Source of the DNA: Bacillota bacterium
Lineage (GTDB): Bacteria > Bacillota > Ch66 > Ch109
NCBI GenBank assembly: GCA_050952625.1
Contig: JBMNLH010000001.1
Span: 896,001 to 960,000, forward strand
Reading direction: 5' to 3'
DNA: 64,000 bases
A model generated the notes under the pieces. That model was not told the origin of the DNA and did not search any database. It saw only the letters and a program-made list of their open reading frames with translations. Within the stretch, counting starts at the first letter, position 1, and every line of letters starts with the position of its first letter. Both the position numbers and the translations under genes were made by a program. Positions 1 through 11,050 of this stretch are shown here, piece after piece.

Positions 1-2
1 AT

Positions 3-2174
3 AGCCTAACCAGTTTAGCTGGAGGCGGTCGGTATCCTCTGGCGATACTTCTAGGTGTTTGGGGATTAGCTATGATAATAGAGAGACATTGGTCTTTCTT
101 GAATCGTAAAATGTATGGTTTCTTAGTTCTGTATCTTTGTTTTCTGACTTTACTTCACCTTCAGCTCCCAGTCGGAGAAAGTTATTGGATGATTAGTTCC
201 CAAGGAGAAGGCGGAGGTTTGATAGGTGCATCTTTATCCTGGGCTTTAACTGGGATTTTTGGCGTTTTAGGCAGTTATATCGTTATTTGTTCAGTTATTA
301 TTGTTACTTTATTAGCGATTACCAATCAATCTTTATTTGAACTTTACCGCCGCCTCATCAAAGCAATCTGTATTTTTTGGAAAAAAGTGGAAGGAAGTCT
401 GGAACATTTTCTATTTGTCACTGTAGAGGAACAACCGGAAGATGATCTAAAACCAGTTAAGGTTAAAAAGGAAGGACATGATGTACCGGGTAGTAGTGAT
501 GTTATAGAGGCAGCCGAACAATTAGAGACTAAAATGGAACAAAAACTAAAGTTCGAAAAACACGCAATCCGAAAAGCCTCATCTTCAGGTAATAGAAATG
601 ATCAAAAAAAGATTAATCAAGAAAAAGAAGTCGAGGCATCGAAACTTCATAATGATCGGGTATCAGAAAACACCATTTTAGGAAGGGCAAATGAAAATTT
701 AGATTTCGATATAGAATTTGAGGAAGAGTCTTTCTTTCCTTCTTCAGAAGGGTTTATATTACCTTCCCTCAATCTACTAAATCCAGCAGCGGGAAGTAAG
801 GGTGGGCGATCTAACAAAGATATTATAGATAATACTCGGATTCTGGAAGAAACCCTCGAGAATTTTGGGGTTAACGCCCAAGTGGTTGAGGTTAATCAAG
901 GTCCGGCGATTACACGATACGAAATTCATCCGGCACCAGGAATAAAGGTAAGTAAGATCATTGGGCTGGCGGATGATATTGCGTTAAGTATGGCGGCCCA
1001 ACAGGTAAGGATTGAAGCACCAATCCCCGGTAAGTCAGCGATCGGGATTGAAGTCCCGAATAAAGAAGTTGCGCTTGTTCATTTGCGTGAGGTTTTAGAG
1101 TGTGATGGTTTTCAAAAGAGTAATTCCCGTCTCTCGGTAGCTTTTGGGAAAGATATTGCCGGTCAAGCTATTATCGGGGATTTAACCAAAATGCCTCATC
1201 TTTTGATTGCTGGGGCTACCGGAATGGGTAAAAGTGTTTGCCTTAACACACTGATTGCTAGCATTTTATTTAAAAGTACCCCTCAAGAAGTCAAGTTTTT
1301 GATGATTGATCCCAAAATGGTTGAATTAACAACTTTTAATGGAATACCCCATCTGATTACACCAGTAGTAACCAATGCCAAAAAAGCCGCTATTGCTTTA
1401 CGCTGGGCGGTTAACCAAATGGAGCAACGTTATGAAAAGTTTGCCGCTTTAGGTGTAAAAGATATGGTCAGGTATAATAAGGCCAAAATTAAAGATAACT
1501 GCCTGGATGAGCTTCTTCCTTATATGGTCATAATTATTGATGAACTAGCAGACTTAATGATGATCGCCCCGGCGGATGTAGAGGACGCCATCTGTCGTTT
1601 GGCTCAAATGGCTCGTGCTGCTGGTATGCATCTAGTGGTCGCGACCCAGCGACCTTCAGTCGATGTTATTACCGGTTTGATCAAGGCCAATATCCCTTCT
1701 CGGATAGCGTTTGCCGTATCCTCTCAAACTGACTCTCGCACCATCTTAGATGTTGGGGGAGCAGAGAAGTTGGTTGGCCGCGGGGATATGCTGTACCTCC
1801 CGGTTGGCTATTCAAAACCAGTTCGGATCCAAGGAGCATACATCTCTGACGGAGAAGTAGAAAAATTAGTGGATTTTCTTAAACAGCAAGCAAAGCCTCA
1901 ATTTGTTGAAGGAATTACGGTTGGTGACACCAAGGCAGCTGAGGAGCCTGAGGAAGAGGATGAACTATTTCCGGAGGCAGCTCGTCTGTTTATTGAGAAT
2001 GGTCAAGCCTCAATATCTTTATTGCAGCGAAGATTCCGGATCGGTTATACTCGGGCAGCCCGACTTATTGATTTGATGGAAAGAAAAGGTGTAATCGGAC
2101 CGTTTGAAGGAAGTAAGCCTCGCGAAGTATTGATGACCATTGAACAGTATGAAACCCGATTCGGAAATTTTTAA
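3..2174 (+). CDS. ftsK: DNA translocase FtsK/SpoIIIE (5' end lies upstream of the window)
   Basis: Frame is open from base 3. N-terminal TM segments, Walker [26 protein letters not shown] and C-terminal gamma domain ([22 protein letters not shown]). Confidence 0.97.
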   Translation, partial: SLTSLAGGGRYPLAILLGVWGLAMIIERHWSFLNRKMYGFLVLYLCFLTLLHLQLPVGESYWMISSQGEGGGLIGASLSWALTGIFGVLGSYIVICSVIIVTLLAITNQSLFELYRRLIKAICIFWKKVEGSLEHFLFVTVEEQPEDDLKPVKVKKEGHDVPGSSDVIEAAEQLETKMEQKLKFEKHAIRKASSSGNRNDQKKINQEKEVEASKLHNDRVSENTILGRANENLDFDIEFEEESFFPSSEGFILPSLNLLNPAAGSKGGRSNKDIIDNTRILEETLENFGVNAQVVEVNQGPAITRYEIHPAPGIKVSKIIGLADDIALSMAAQQVRIEAPIPGKSAIGIEVPNKEVALVHLREVLECDGFQKSNSRLSVAFGKDIAGQAIIGDLTKMPHLLIAGATGMGKSVCLNTLIASILFKSTPQEVKFLMIDPKMVELTTFNGIPHLITPVVTNAKKAAIALRWAVNQMEQRYEKFAALGVKDMVRYNKAKIKDNCLDELLPYMVIIIDELADLMMIAPADVEDAICRLAQMARAAGMHLVVATQRPSVDVITGLIKANIPSRIAFAVSSQTDSRTILDVGGAEKLVGRGDMLYLPVGYSKPVRIQGAYISDGEVEKLVDFLKQQAKPQFVEGITVGDTKAAEEPEEEDELFPEAARLFIENGQASISLLQRRFRIGYTRAARLIDLMERKGVIGPFEGSKPREVLMTIEQYETRFGNF

Positions 2175-2269
2175 GCTATCGACTGGTCTTTGACAACATA
2201 ACATTGCCCCTGTCTTGTGATGAGTGGTATACTAGCAGGAGAAATAAGTTTGTGAGGCATTAACTTGAA

Positions 2270-3313
2270 TTGGTAATAGATGTTAACGCTGAAGAGGGAC
2301 TCAATTTAGAGAATCCACTATTTATCGATGTACGATCCGAAAGTGAGTTTAAAGAAGCCTCGATACCCGGGGCAGTTAATCTTCCTGTCCTAAACGATTC
2401 AGAAAGAAAACAAGTAGGTACGATTTACCGCCGGGAAGGGCCAGGGTCAGCGCGTAAGTTGGCTTTAGAATTGGTCAGCCCGAAATTGCCGTTTTTGATC
2501 AGACAGCTTGATGAATGCAGCCATAAGAGATCAGTGATCCTATTTTGCTGGCGGGGCGGCCTGCGTAGTCGTTCACTGGGAGTCATTTGCGATTTAATGG
2601 GGATACCGGTATACCGTTTGGTTGGTGGGTATAAATCTTACCGGCAACTAGTCCGCAATTATCTATGGGAACAGTCGCTAGATCGTGAAGTGGTAGTACT
2701 CCACGGTTTAACCGGGGTAGGCAAAACAGAAATTTTGCAGATATTAGCAAGGCGGCAACTCGCAGTCATTGATCTCGAAGCCTTGGCCTCGAATCGAGGC
2801 TCGGTGTTTGGTGGGATTGGCTTACCAGAAGGACCCAATCAAAAAATGTTTGAAGCTTATCTAGCCCAAAAACTCTGGGAACAAGCTGGCCACTCTTATG
2901 TTCTGGTCGAGTGTGAAAGCCGAAGGATTGGGCGAAATACCTTGCCTACTCCTTTGTTGGAAGGAATGCGCGCCGGACGCCATATCCTTCTTTATGATTC
3001 CCTGGAAAATCGAATTCAACGGCTAGTTCGAGAGTATACTGATTTGAATTCAACAGACCTAACCGGTTTAAGCAATGCCGTACGGTCACTAAAAAACCGG
3101 TTGGGTACTTCTAAGACGATAGATTTGATTAAGCATCTTAATCAGGAAGATTTTGATCTGGTTGCCCGCGAACTCTTGCTTTCTTATTATGATCCTTTGT
3201 ATAAATATCCCAGCAAACCCAGTCTTGATTACGACTTATGTGTCAAGACCAGCGATATTATGGCGGCCGCTAAGCAGATAGAGACTTTTGTGAGAGAAAG
3301 GTACGGTGAATAA
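2270..3313 (+). CDS. mnmH: tRNA 2-selenouridine(34) synthase
   Basis: Rhodanese domain (DVRSESEF, CWRGGLRS) followed by P-loop GLTGVGKT, DLEALASNRGSVFG, ECESRRIG and YYDPLY. Confidence 0.93.
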   Translation: MVIDVNAEEGLNLENPLFIDVRSESEFKEASIPGAVNLPVLNDSERKQVGTIYRREGPGSARKLALELVSPKLPFLIRQLDECSHKRSVILFCWRGGLRSRSLGVICDLMGIPVYRLVGGYKSYRQLVRNYLWEQSLDREVVVLHGLTGVGKTEILQILARRQLAVIDLEALASNRGSVFGGIGLPEGPNQKMFEAYLAQKLWEQAGHSYVLVECESRRIGRNTLPTPLLEGMRAGRHILLYDSLENRIQRLVREYTDLNSTDLTGLSNAVRSLKNRLGTSKTIDLIKHLNQEDFDLVARELLLSYYDPLYKYPSKPSLDYDLCVKTSDIMAAAKQIETFVRERYGE

Positions 3314-3343
3314 AACCTATCTAGGATAAAGGAGGCGCAAATA

Positions 3344-4162
3344 GTGATCGAGATTGGATCAACTCTCAGAGTGGTCAGAGAAAAGAAGAATATCTCGCTG
3401 GCCCAAGTAGAAGAGATCACTAAAATAAACCGGCGCTACCTGGAAGCTTTAGAAAATGAGGATTATCAGGAGTTGCCTGACCAGGTGTATTCGATAGGTT
3501 TTTTAAAAAACTATGCCCGTTTTCTTGGCTTTCAGAATGAGGAGGTAGCCGAATTAACCGAAGCCTTGAAAAATGCTTTAAATACTCCCGTGCCAGTAAA
3601 TAAAGGAGCTAACGGGAGAAAAAGAAACGGCCGGCCAGGCCGGTCAATGTTCCAGCTTCCAAATGCCAGGTTGCTCCGCGGACTTATAGCGATTGCGGTG
3701 GTACTAGCCTTAATAGTCGGCATTTATCAAGTGTATGGAAATAAAGAGAATACTGAACCGACTAGTTTTATACCCGGCAGTACTGCCGAAAACGCTGAGA
3801 CAGATGATTCTAATAAACCAACTGACGTAACCCCTGCTATTAACCCAGAAGAGTTCAATCAAGACAATTCTCCTTCCACCTCGTCAGTGAATTCGGGTGA
3901 GGTTGGGCCGGTCGCTGGTTTAATTCTTGAACTATACGTTCGTCAAGATCGGTGCTGGATGAGTATTGTGGTTGACGGCAAAGAAGAGTTTAGTGGGACC
4001 CTGGTTGAGGGTGATTATCGTAAGTTCACAGCCAACGAGAAAATTTTTATCCATCTGGGTAATGCCAGAAGTGTTGAGGTTTTTAAAAACGGTCAGTCTG
4101 TTGGTTATCTTGGCAGTTCTAATACAGTAGTCAAACAAGAATTTTTAATAAATGATAACTAA
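3344..4162 (+). CDS. rodZ: RodZ-like protein (HTH, TM helix, DUF4115)
   Basis: IGSTLRVVRE...YLEALENEDY...GFLKNYARFLG, a single TM helix, C-terminal CWMSIVVDG...LGNA; lies upstream of rimO-pgsA. Confidence 0.88.
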   Translation: MIEIGSTLRVVREKKNISLAQVEEITKINRRYLEALENEDYQELPDQVYSIGFLKNYARFLGFQNEEVAELTEALKNALNTPVPVNKGANGRKRNGRPGRSMFQLPNARLLRGLIAIAVVLALIVGIYQVYGNKENTEPTSFIPGSTAENAETDDSNKPTDVTPAINPEEFNQDNSPSTSSVNSGEVGPVAGLILELYVRQDRCWMSIVVDGKEEFSGTLVEGDYRKFTANEKIFIHLGNARSVEVFKNGQSVGYLGSSNTVVKQEFLINDN

Positions 4163-4269
4163 AGATACGAATAACTCTATATAACAAGTAACTAATTTTT
4201 AATATCAAGAAAATTAGAGAAGCAATTATTTTGCTGTGATAATTATAAGCAAGGAAGGCGATCACTACT

Positions 4270-5670
4270 ATGGGCAGACCTTTGACTGTTATGGCTGAGC
4301 TTAAGGTCGGTCTGGTTAGTTTAGGATGCCCCAAAAACTTGGTTGATTCCGAAGTGATGCTCGGACTTTTGGAACAAGCTGGTTGTCAGATAACAACAGA
4401 CGAGGCGGAAGCAGATGTTTTAATTATTAATACCTGTGGTTTTATCGAGTCAGCCCAGCGGGAAGCAATTAATACCATCTTGGAAATGAGTCAGTACAAG
4501 GAGCTTGGTCGCTGCCGGGCTCTTATTGTTGCCGGTTGCCTGGTCCAACGTTTTGCGAAAGAACTGGCGGCTGAACTCCCCGAAATTGATGCTTTGATCG
4601 GTGTTGGAGAAGTCCACCGTATCGTGCCAGTAATCGAGAAAGTACTCGGAGGAGAACGGGTTGAGGCAATGGGGACTCCGTCTTTCTTGTATAGTGAGTC
4701 CTGGCCGCGAAAATTATCGACGCCGGGACATTATGCCTATATCAAAGTATCTGAAGGTTGCGATAATCGATGTTCCTACTGCACAATTCCAGATATTCGC
4801 GGTCGTTTTCGAAGTCGACCTATAGAGTCGGTTGTTCGAGAAGCAGAGGCCTTGGTACAGGCAGGAGTAAAGGAAATTATCCTTATTGCCCAGGACACTA
4901 CGCGTTATGGGGAAGATATTTATGGCACTCCGGTATTAGCTGATCTTCTTAAGGAATTAACCCAAATTTCAAATCTGCCCTGGATCAGATGGATGTATGG
5001 GTATCCCACCCGCATTACTCCAGAGTTAATCAGAGTGATGGCTGAGTCTCCCAAAATTTGTTCCTATATAGACCTACCGTTACAACACATTGACCGGACG
5101 GTTTTACAGCAAATGAATCGTCCAGCGGACCCTGACCAAGCCAGAGAATTAATTTCCGATCTGCGAAAAAATATACCGGACTTGACCTTACGAACTTCAT
5201 TTATTGTTGGGTATCCGGGAGAATCAGAGGAGGCTTTTAACCGGTTATTAGCTTTCCTGGAAGAGATTCGATTTGACCGGGTAGGTGCTTTCACCTACTC
5301 AGCAGAGCAAGGAACGAAAGCTGCCGAATTACCTGAGTTGATACCAGAGGATATCAGAATTGATCGGTACAATCGTTTGATGGAATGCCAGCAGCAGATT
5401 TCCCTCGAAAAAAACCAAGAATGGGTGGGCAAATCTCTTGATGTTTTGGTGGAGGGATTTACAGTCTGTCAGGGAATGAACAACAATAACGAGATCACGG
5501 TAGAAGCGTATGGCCGTTCAAAACGGGAGGCACCTGGTATTGATGGATTAATCTATATACAAAATCCGTTAACAACCAGACTTTCAGCAGGAGATATAGT
5601 CAAAATAAAAATTTGTCAGGCCGACCATTATGACCTGATCGGGGAGGTTCAACGTGAATCTGCCAAATAA
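4270..5670 (+). CDS. rimO: Ribosomal protein S12 methylthiotransferase
   Basis: SLGCPKNLVDSE, NTCGFI, radical SAM CDNRCSYC, TRAM-like C-terminus with APGIDG. Confidence 0.95.
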   Translation: MGRPLTVMAELKVGLVSLGCPKNLVDSEVMLGLLEQAGCQITTDEAEADVLIINTCGFIESAQREAINTILEMSQYKELGRCRALIVAGCLVQRFAKELAAELPEIDALIGVGEVHRIVPVIEKVLGGERVEAMGTPSFLYSESWPRKLSTPGHYAYIKVSEGCDNRCSYCTIPDIRGRFRSRPIESVVREAEALVQAGVKEIILIAQDTTRYGEDIYGTPVLADLLKELTQISNLPWIRWMYGYPTRITPELIRVMAESPKICSYIDLPLQHIDRTVLQQMNRPADPDQARELISDLRKNIPDLTLRTSFIVGYPGESEEAFNRLLAFLEEIRFDRVGAFTYSAEQGTKAAELPELIPEDIRIDRYNRLMECQQQISLEKNQEWVGKSLDVLVEGFTVCQGMNNNNEITVEAYGRSKREAPGIDGLIYIQNPLTTRLSAGDIVKIKICQADHYDLIGEVQRESAK

Positions 5671-6211
5671 ACTAACCTTGGGTAGAGTAATCCTTATACC
5701 GGTATTTTTAATTTTACTTTTTGTCAAGATTCCATATGGCAAGTATTTAGCAGCTGGAATATTTATTATCGCGTCTATGACCGATGGTTTAGATGGGTAT
5801 TTAGCCCGTTCACGACGACAGGTCACGCTTTTCGGAAAGTTTATGGACCCGGTAGCCGATAAGTTATTGGTGACAGCAGCTCTAGTTTCCCTGGTTGCGT
5901 TGCATGAAATTCATGCTTTACCGGTCATCATAATTCTTGGTCGCGAATTTGCAGTTAGTGGACTGCGATCCCTAGCTGCTTCAGAAGGAGTAGTTATTTC
6001 GGCTAGTCCTTTAGGTAAAATAAAGACAATTACCCAGATTGTAGCTATTTCGGCCATTTTATTAGATAACTTTCCCTTTAGATTAATAAACTTTCCTTTT
6101 GATCAATGTGCTCTCTGGATTGCTGTTTTCTTTACCCTGTATTCAGGTATAGATTATTTTTTGCGGTTTCGCAAAGAATTACACCTAGACGGTGGAACCG
6201 AAATCATGTAA
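5654..6211 (+). CDS. pgsA: CDP-diacylglycerol--glycerol-3-phosphate 3-phosphatidyltransferase
   Basis: MNLPNKLT start and the DGLDGYLAR...GKFMDPVADK signature. Confidence 0.95.
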   Translation: MNLPNKLTLGRVILIPVFLILLFVKIPYGKYLAAGIFIIASMTDGLDGYLARSRRQVTLFGKFMDPVADKLLVTAALVSLVALHEIHALPVIIILGREFAVSGLRSLAASEGVVISASPLGKIKTITQIVAISAILLDNFPFRLINFPFDQCALWIAVFFTLYSGIDYFLRFRKELHLDGGTEIM

Positions 6212-6291
6212 CATCCCTTCCAGTTGAATCCTAGGGAAAACTGGCGAGAGTTGTTGTATAATGGTTTTAGGTATGACCGGGAGGTGTTTTT

Positions 6292-6843
6292 TTGTCTTTT
6301 AAAGACGTCCACTGGACCTCGGTGTTAGTCGGTATGCTTTTAGCTTTTGCCTTATTGGTTGGTGGCAACTGGCTATATCAGCAATATTTGGTTAAAAGTC
6401 CTCTGGGTGATGCCCTGGAGCAGAGATCTGAAGTAATTAATTGGTCGTTACGAGAAGAAACAGATAAGAAAGTGTTAACAGTTGAATTGGGGCCAGTGAC
6501 TAACCTAAAAGAGAGCTACAATTATATTCGGGACAAATCCATTCAGTACTTAGGGGCTGAGGGCGTTGAGATTCGGCTGGTGGATCACCGTTCGGAGAAG
6601 TTGGAGCAGGTTATGTATACTCTGCAATATCCCATCTATGAAGCACTCGTTCGGGGGAATTTTACAGAGATGGCCGAAACGGTCAAGCTAGAGGCGGAAA
6701 GGGCTCAATTGACCGGATGTCGGGTATACGTTGATGAAGCCAATTTGTATGTTCATCTTAACCACGATGAAGATTATTTGTACGAAATAATTCCACGGGT
6801 AACTGGCTTTGAGTCACCTGGGACTGTTAAAAACGCAAAGTGA
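6292..6843 (+). CDS. Hypothetical membrane-anchored protein
   Basis: RBS GGGAGGTG before TTG; one N-terminal TM helix; upstream of the FtsH-like gene. Confidence 0.75.
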   Translation: MSFKDVHWTSVLVGMLLAFALLVGGNWLYQQYLVKSPLGDALEQRSEVINWSLREETDKKVLTVELGPVTNLKESYNYIRDKSIQYLGAEGVEIRLVDHRSEKLEQVMYTLQYPIYEALVRGNFTEMAETVKLEAERAQLTGCRVYVDEANLYVHLNHDEDYLYEIIPRVTGFESPGTVKNAK

Positions 6844-6916
6844 GCTTTGTTTTAAAAGGACATAAAACCTAAGATTTATTTGGAATGGGAGTTGTATCTT
6901 AGGAGGGAGGGTCGCC

Positions 6917-8425
6917 GTGAAAAGAAATAATTGGACAGGGGCTGCTATTGGGGCTGGCTTAGGAATTCTGGGATATTTGCTAATAATGGGATATAATATT
7001 ACTCCCTTGCTTATTCTAGGCGGTTTTGGGATACTTATCTTCTTTTTTCTTGACCAAAAAGGGGTTCTGCGGCAAACGACAATTGGCCAGACTACTATAA
7101 GTAAAGAACTGCCTTTTGAAGACATTGGCGGACAGGCTACGGCTAAACAAGAATTAAAAGAAGCCTTAGAGTTTATTCTTCAGGCGGATAAGGTTCGAAA
7201 GATGGGGATTCGTCCCTTGCGGGGTATTTTATTAACCGGTCCGCCTGGAACAGGCAAGACTTTACTGGCTAAAGCAGCAGCGTCTTACACTAATTCTGTT
7301 TATTCTGCTGTTAGTGGTTCGGAGTTTATTGAGGTCTATGCCGGAGTAGGGGCGCAACGGGTACGCAGCCTTTTTCGATCAGCTCGGGATACTGCCCGAA
7401 AGCAGGGGAAGAAAAGCGCGATTATTTTTATTGACGAGATTGAGGTTCTGGGTGGGAAACGAGGGACTCATAGCAGTCACCTTGAATATGACCAAACATT
7501 AAACCAGTTATTGGTAGAAATGGACGGTATTTCTACCGAAGAACAGGTTAAAGTCCTGGTTATTGGGGCGACTAACCGGATGGATTTACTTGACCCAGCA
7601 CTATTACGGCCAGGCCGCTTTGACCGTCAGGTTCGCGTAGATTTACCAGATCGTGAAGGCAGATTGGAGATACTGCACCTTCATTCGCGCAATAAACCGC
7701 TGGACCAATCTATTGACTTGGAACAAATTGCTCGCGAAACTTTCGGCTTTTCCGGGGCTCATTTGGAGAGTTTAGTTAACGAAGCCGCTGTCTTAGCTCT
7801 AAGGGAGGAAGTAGAGATAATATCTCAGGAACATCTTAGAGAAGCGATTGATAAGGTGATTATGGGTGAAAAGCTGGATCGGCACCCAACGGTTGAAGAG
7901 CTTAACAGAGTGGCCGTTCATGAGGCCGGGCATGCGGTAGTGAGTGAACTAGTACGTCCCAACTCCGTAGCTCGGGTAACTATTACTCCCCGGGGATCAG
8001 CCCTGGGTTATGTCCGTCGAACTCCAGAAGAAGACCAATACCTGTATACCCGATCCTTTATGGAAAAGCAAATTATGATTTGCCTGGGTGGAGCAGTGGC
8101 TGAAGAGATCGTGTTAGGAGAACGCAGTACTGGTTCCAGTAGTGACTTTGAAGAGGCGGCACGAATGGCTCGCCAGATTGTTTTATCTGGCCTTTCCCAT
8201 TTAGGGATAGTGTGTAAAGAGACTCTTTCTCAAGAAGCTTTGAATCAAGCGATTAAGGATATTATTGCTATTCAAGAGCGGTGGGTGAAGCAGGCGATTA
8301 ATACCTATCGTTATTGTATTCAAGCTGTTGCCGGACTACTGGTAGAAAACGAATCTATTCCTGGGGACGACTTGAGGAAATATCTGCGAGAGAGTACCTG
8401 TCCACCCAACCAGATTATAGCTTAA
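6917..8425 (+). CDS. FtsH-like AAA+ ATPase / M41 zinc protease
   Basis: Two N-terminal TM segments, GPPGTGKT, IFIDEIE, LLRPGRFDR and HEAGH zinc motif. Confidence 0.9.
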   Translation: MKRNNWTGAAIGAGLGILGYLLIMGYNITPLLILGGFGILIFFFLDQKGVLRQTTIGQTTISKELPFEDIGGQATAKQELKEALEFILQADKVRKMGIRPLRGILLTGPPGTGKTLLAKAAASYTNSVYSAVSGSEFIEVYAGVGAQRVRSLFRSARDTARKQGKKSAIIFIDEIEVLGGKRGTHSSHLEYDQTLNQLLVEMDGISTEEQVKVLVIGATNRMDLLDPALLRPGRFDRQVRVDLPDREGRLEILHLHSRNKPLDQSIDLEQIARETFGFSGAHLESLVNEAAVLALREEVEIISQEHLREAIDKVIMGEKLDRHPTVEELNRVAVHEAGHAVVSELVRPNSVARVTITPRGSALGYVRRTPEEDQYLYTRSFMEKQIMICLGGAVAEEIVLGERSTGSSSDFEEAARMARQIVLSGLSHLGIVCKETLSQEALNQAIKDIIAIQERWVKQAINTYRYCIQAVAGLLVENESIPGDDLRKYLRESTCPPNQIIA

Positions 8426-8457
8426 TTTGACATAACTAAATGTAACATGGTAAGTAT

Positions 8458-8490
8458 AGACCGTCCTTGTTGAGGCGGTCTTATTTATTT
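8458..8490 (+). terminator. Probable intrinsic terminator
   Basis: AGACCGTCCT-tgttg-AGGCGGTCT hairpin followed by a T-rich tract. Confidence 0.6.
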
Positions 8491-8621
8491 AGCCGTAATG
8501 TAATTTGTAATTTATTGTAGTGATACTGATTGACTTTTAAAGTTAATTGATGGTACCTTGTAAGAAGTAATTAATTGAAGTAAGTGGATTAATAATTAAG
8601 AGAGAGGGTAAAGAGGAACAC

Positions 8622-9122
8622 TTGAAGAAAGAACTTTTTCGGTTAACAAGTATAGTCGGTCGTCAACTGAAGGAAAGAGGTTGGCAGATTGCAGTAGCTG
8701 AATCTTGCACTGGCGGGTTGCTTGGTTATATTTTGACCACAGTGCCCGGCAGTTCCGAATACTTTTACGGCGGGGTAATTAGTTATAGTAATCAGGCTAA
8801 ACTGGATCTGCTAGGAGTAAATTCCGACACTTTGGCTAAATGGGGTGCGGTAAGTGAATTAACCGCGCAAGAGATGGCGGAAGGAATACGCAAACAGTGC
8901 CACGTTCAGCTAGGCGTAGCAATTACCGGGATCGCTGGACCCGGAGGAGGTAGTCAACATAAGCCGGTTGGTTTGGTGTACCTAGCTTTGGCCAGTGAAG
9001 ATTCGACCAGTGTTATCAGAAGGCAATTTTCTGGAGATCGATCCCAGGTGCGCCAAAATTCGGCTTTAGAAGCTTTAAAGCTAATTCAGCTTTATTTAGA
9101 GAGTACCAATCGGTTAAGCTAG
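8622..9122 (+). CDS. CinA C-terminal domain protein (NMN deamidase, PncC family)
   Basis: AESCTGG, PGSS, GAVS, TGIAGPGGG..KPVGLV motifs; located upstream of recA. Confidence 0.9.
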   Translation: MKKELFRLTSIVGRQLKERGWQIAVAESCTGGLLGYILTTVPGSSEYFYGGVISYSNQAKLDLLGVNSDTLAKWGAVSELTAQEMAEGIRKQCHVQLGVAITGIAGPGGGSQHKPVGLVYLALASEDSTSVIRRQFSGDRSQVRQNSALEALKLIQLYLESTNRLS

Positions 9123-9201
9123 GTTTCGTATTTTTAGCCGGCTCAGCATGCGACCATATAAGTTTATGTTTGGTAATAATAATAAAGCAAGGTGTCGATT
9201 T

Positions 9202-9786
9202 ATGACAAGTTTACGTTTGTTTATTGCCATTAACTTGCCCTTAGAGGTGCGCAAGCTATTGGGGCAGGTCCAGCAAAGTTTACCGTTAAACGAATCTTTG
9301 GTGAAATGGGTTAAAAAAGAAAACTTTCATTTGACCCTGGAGTTCCTAGGAGAGACAAGGAAAGAACGGTTATCACAGATTGAAGAAGGATTAAAAAAGG
9401 CAACCTTAAACTCTGATTCCCTCCTTCTTGATTTGCAAGAAATAGGGGCCTTCCCTAATTGGAGAAATCCAAGAGTAATCTGGGTTGGGCTGGGTGGAGA
9501 TATTGTTCGGCTGAGAGACCTGCACAATCGTATTCATCAAGAGCTTTTAGATCGAGGGTTTTCCCTTGGCCCTAAACGTTTTCAGCCTCACCTTACGCTA
9601 GGCCGGATAAAACAAGGAACACCGATTTCAGCCGGAGTCACTAACTATCTAAAACTTATCCCTAAAGATGTTACCTTCGCGGTTAAGCAGATAGATTTAA
9701 TGCAGAGCATTTTAACCCGAGAAGGCCCAATTTACAAGAAGCTGACTAGCATTCCCTTAGCCAAAGCCGTTAACCAAAGAGAATAA
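9202..9786 (+). CDS. thpR: RNA 2',3'-cyclic phosphodiesterase (2H family)
   Basis: RLFIAI, two HxT motifs (HLTL twice), PRVIWVG. Start placed at ATG 9202 after AAGGTG. Confidence 0.9.
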   Translation: MTSLRLFIAINLPLEVRKLLGQVQQSLPLNESLVKWVKKENFHLTLEFLGETRKERLSQIEEGLKKATLNSDSLLLDLQEIGAFPNWRNPRVIWVGLGGDIVRLRDLHNRIHQELLDRGFSLGPKRFQPHLTLGRIKQGTPISAGVTNYLKLIPKDVTFAVKQIDLMQSILTREGPIYKKLTSIPLAKAVNQRE

Positions 9787-9893
9787 GTGGACTCGTTCAG
9801 CTTTGCTGAACATCGAGGCTTTTGACGGAGACTCTATTCCACCTGAAGTTTTAAAAAGGTAGCCCCGCTTATAGAAGCGGGAGTCTTTTGATT
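9784..9893. mobile_element. Non-autonomous IS200/IS605-type remnant or MITE-like repeat
   Basis: TAAGTGGACTCGTTCAGC...GCTGAACATCGAGGC...CCCGCTTATAGAAGCGGGAGTCTT with two subterminal hairpins (9795-9811, 9864-9881). Resembles, from memory, a dispersed repeat family in Clostridia. Confidence 0.55.
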
Positions 9894-9910
9894 AGATACA
9901 ATTAGATTGA

Positions 9911-9960
9911 TTGACAGCTGGTAATAAAGTAGGCTAAAATTAGTTTAAGAACAAATGTTC
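9911..9960 (+). promoter_or_regulatory. recA sigma-A promoter with LexA (SOS) box
   Basis: TTGACA 9911-9916, 18-bp spacer, TAAAAT 9935-9940; perfect Firmicute SOS box GAAC-AAAT-GTTC at 9949-9960. Confidence 0.88.
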
Positions 9961-9982
9961 CAGGAGGAAAGGGGGAATCTAA

Positions 9983-11014
9983 GTGTCAGAAAAAACAAAA
10001 GCCCTGGAGGTAGCCCTCATTTCTATTGAACGACAGTTTGGCAAGGGATCAATCATGAAATTGGGCGAAGCCTCAAAATTAAATGTTGAGACTATTTCTA
10101 CCGGATCTTTGTCATTAGATCAAGCTTTAGGGGTAGGCGGGGTTCCACGAGGCCGAGTGGTTGAAATATTTGGGCCTGAGTCCTCGGGTAAGACTACCGT
10201 GGCTCTACATATTGTGGCGGAGGCTCAAAAAACAGGAGGTTTAGCTGCTTTTATAGACGCCGAACATGCCCTGGATCCGATATACGCGAAAAGGCTAGGT
10301 GTAGATATTGAAAACCTGCTTGTTTCTCAACCAGATACCGGGGAGCAGGCTCTGGAGATAGCGGAAGCTTTAGTCCGTAGTGGAGCGATTGATGTCGTAG
10401 TAGTGGATTCTGTGGCGGCTCTAGTTCCCCGGGCGGAATTAGAGGGAGAAATGGGCGATGCTCATGTTGGTCTTCAGGCGCGATTAATGTCCCAGGCTTT
10501 ACGTAAGCTAACCGGGGCCATCGCTAAATCACGTACCTGTGCTATTTTTATCAATCAGTTGCGAGAAAAAGTAGGCATTATGTTTGGCTCGCCGGAGACT
10601 ACTCCTGGTGGTCGGGCTTTGAAGTTCTACGCCTCTGTCCGTTTGGAAGTAAGACGGATTGAGACTATTAAGCAAGGTTCAGATATGGTTGGGAGTCGGA
10701 CCCGAGTCAAAGTGGTAAAAAATAAGGTGGCTCCACCGTTTAAGCAGGCCGAATTTGATATCATGTATGGCGAAGGGATCTCTCGGTTTGGGGATCTAAT
10801 AGATATTGGAGTTGAGAAAAACGAAATTAATAAAAGTGGAGCTTGGTATTCATATAAGGGTGAACGGTTAGGCCAAGGAAGAGAAAATGCCAAAGATTTC
10901 CTGCGAGAGCACCCGGAAATAGCTAAAGAAATTGAGGACCGAATTAGAGAAATCTTAAATGGTAAGAATGAAAAATTAACAACCGCGGAGCCGGCACAAG
11001 TACAGGAGAACTAA
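9983..11014 (+). CDS. recA: Recombinase A
   Basis: [23 protein letters not shown] and [10 protein letters not shown] motifs. Confidence 0.99.
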   Translation: MSEKTKALEVALISIERQFGKGSIMKLGEASKLNVETISTGSLSLDQALGVGGVPRGRVVEIFGPESSGKTTVALHIVAEAQKTGGLAAFIDAEHALDPIYAKRLGVDIENLLVSQPDTGEQALEIAEALVRSGAIDVVVVDSVAALVPRAELEGEMGDAHVGLQARLMSQALRKLTGAIAKSRTCAIFINQLREKVGIMFGSPETTPGGRALKFYASVRLEVRRIETIKQGSDMVGSRTRVKVVKNKVAPPFKQAEFDIMYGEGISRFGDLIDIGVEKNEINKSGAWYSYKGERLGQGRENAKDFLREHPEIAKEIEDRIREILNGKNEKLTTAEPAQVQEN

Positions 11015-11021
11015 GTTCAGC

Positions 11022-11050
11022 TTGACAGATATTACAATACAGTCTAAAAT
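11022..11050 (+). promoter_or_regulatory. Sigma-A promoter for rny
   Basis: TTGACA-N17-TAAAAT. Confidence 0.7.

Noticed and set aside
11008-11018. GAAC-TAA-GTTC as a LexA box at the end of recA
   Set aside because: The spacer is 3 nt rather than the required 4.
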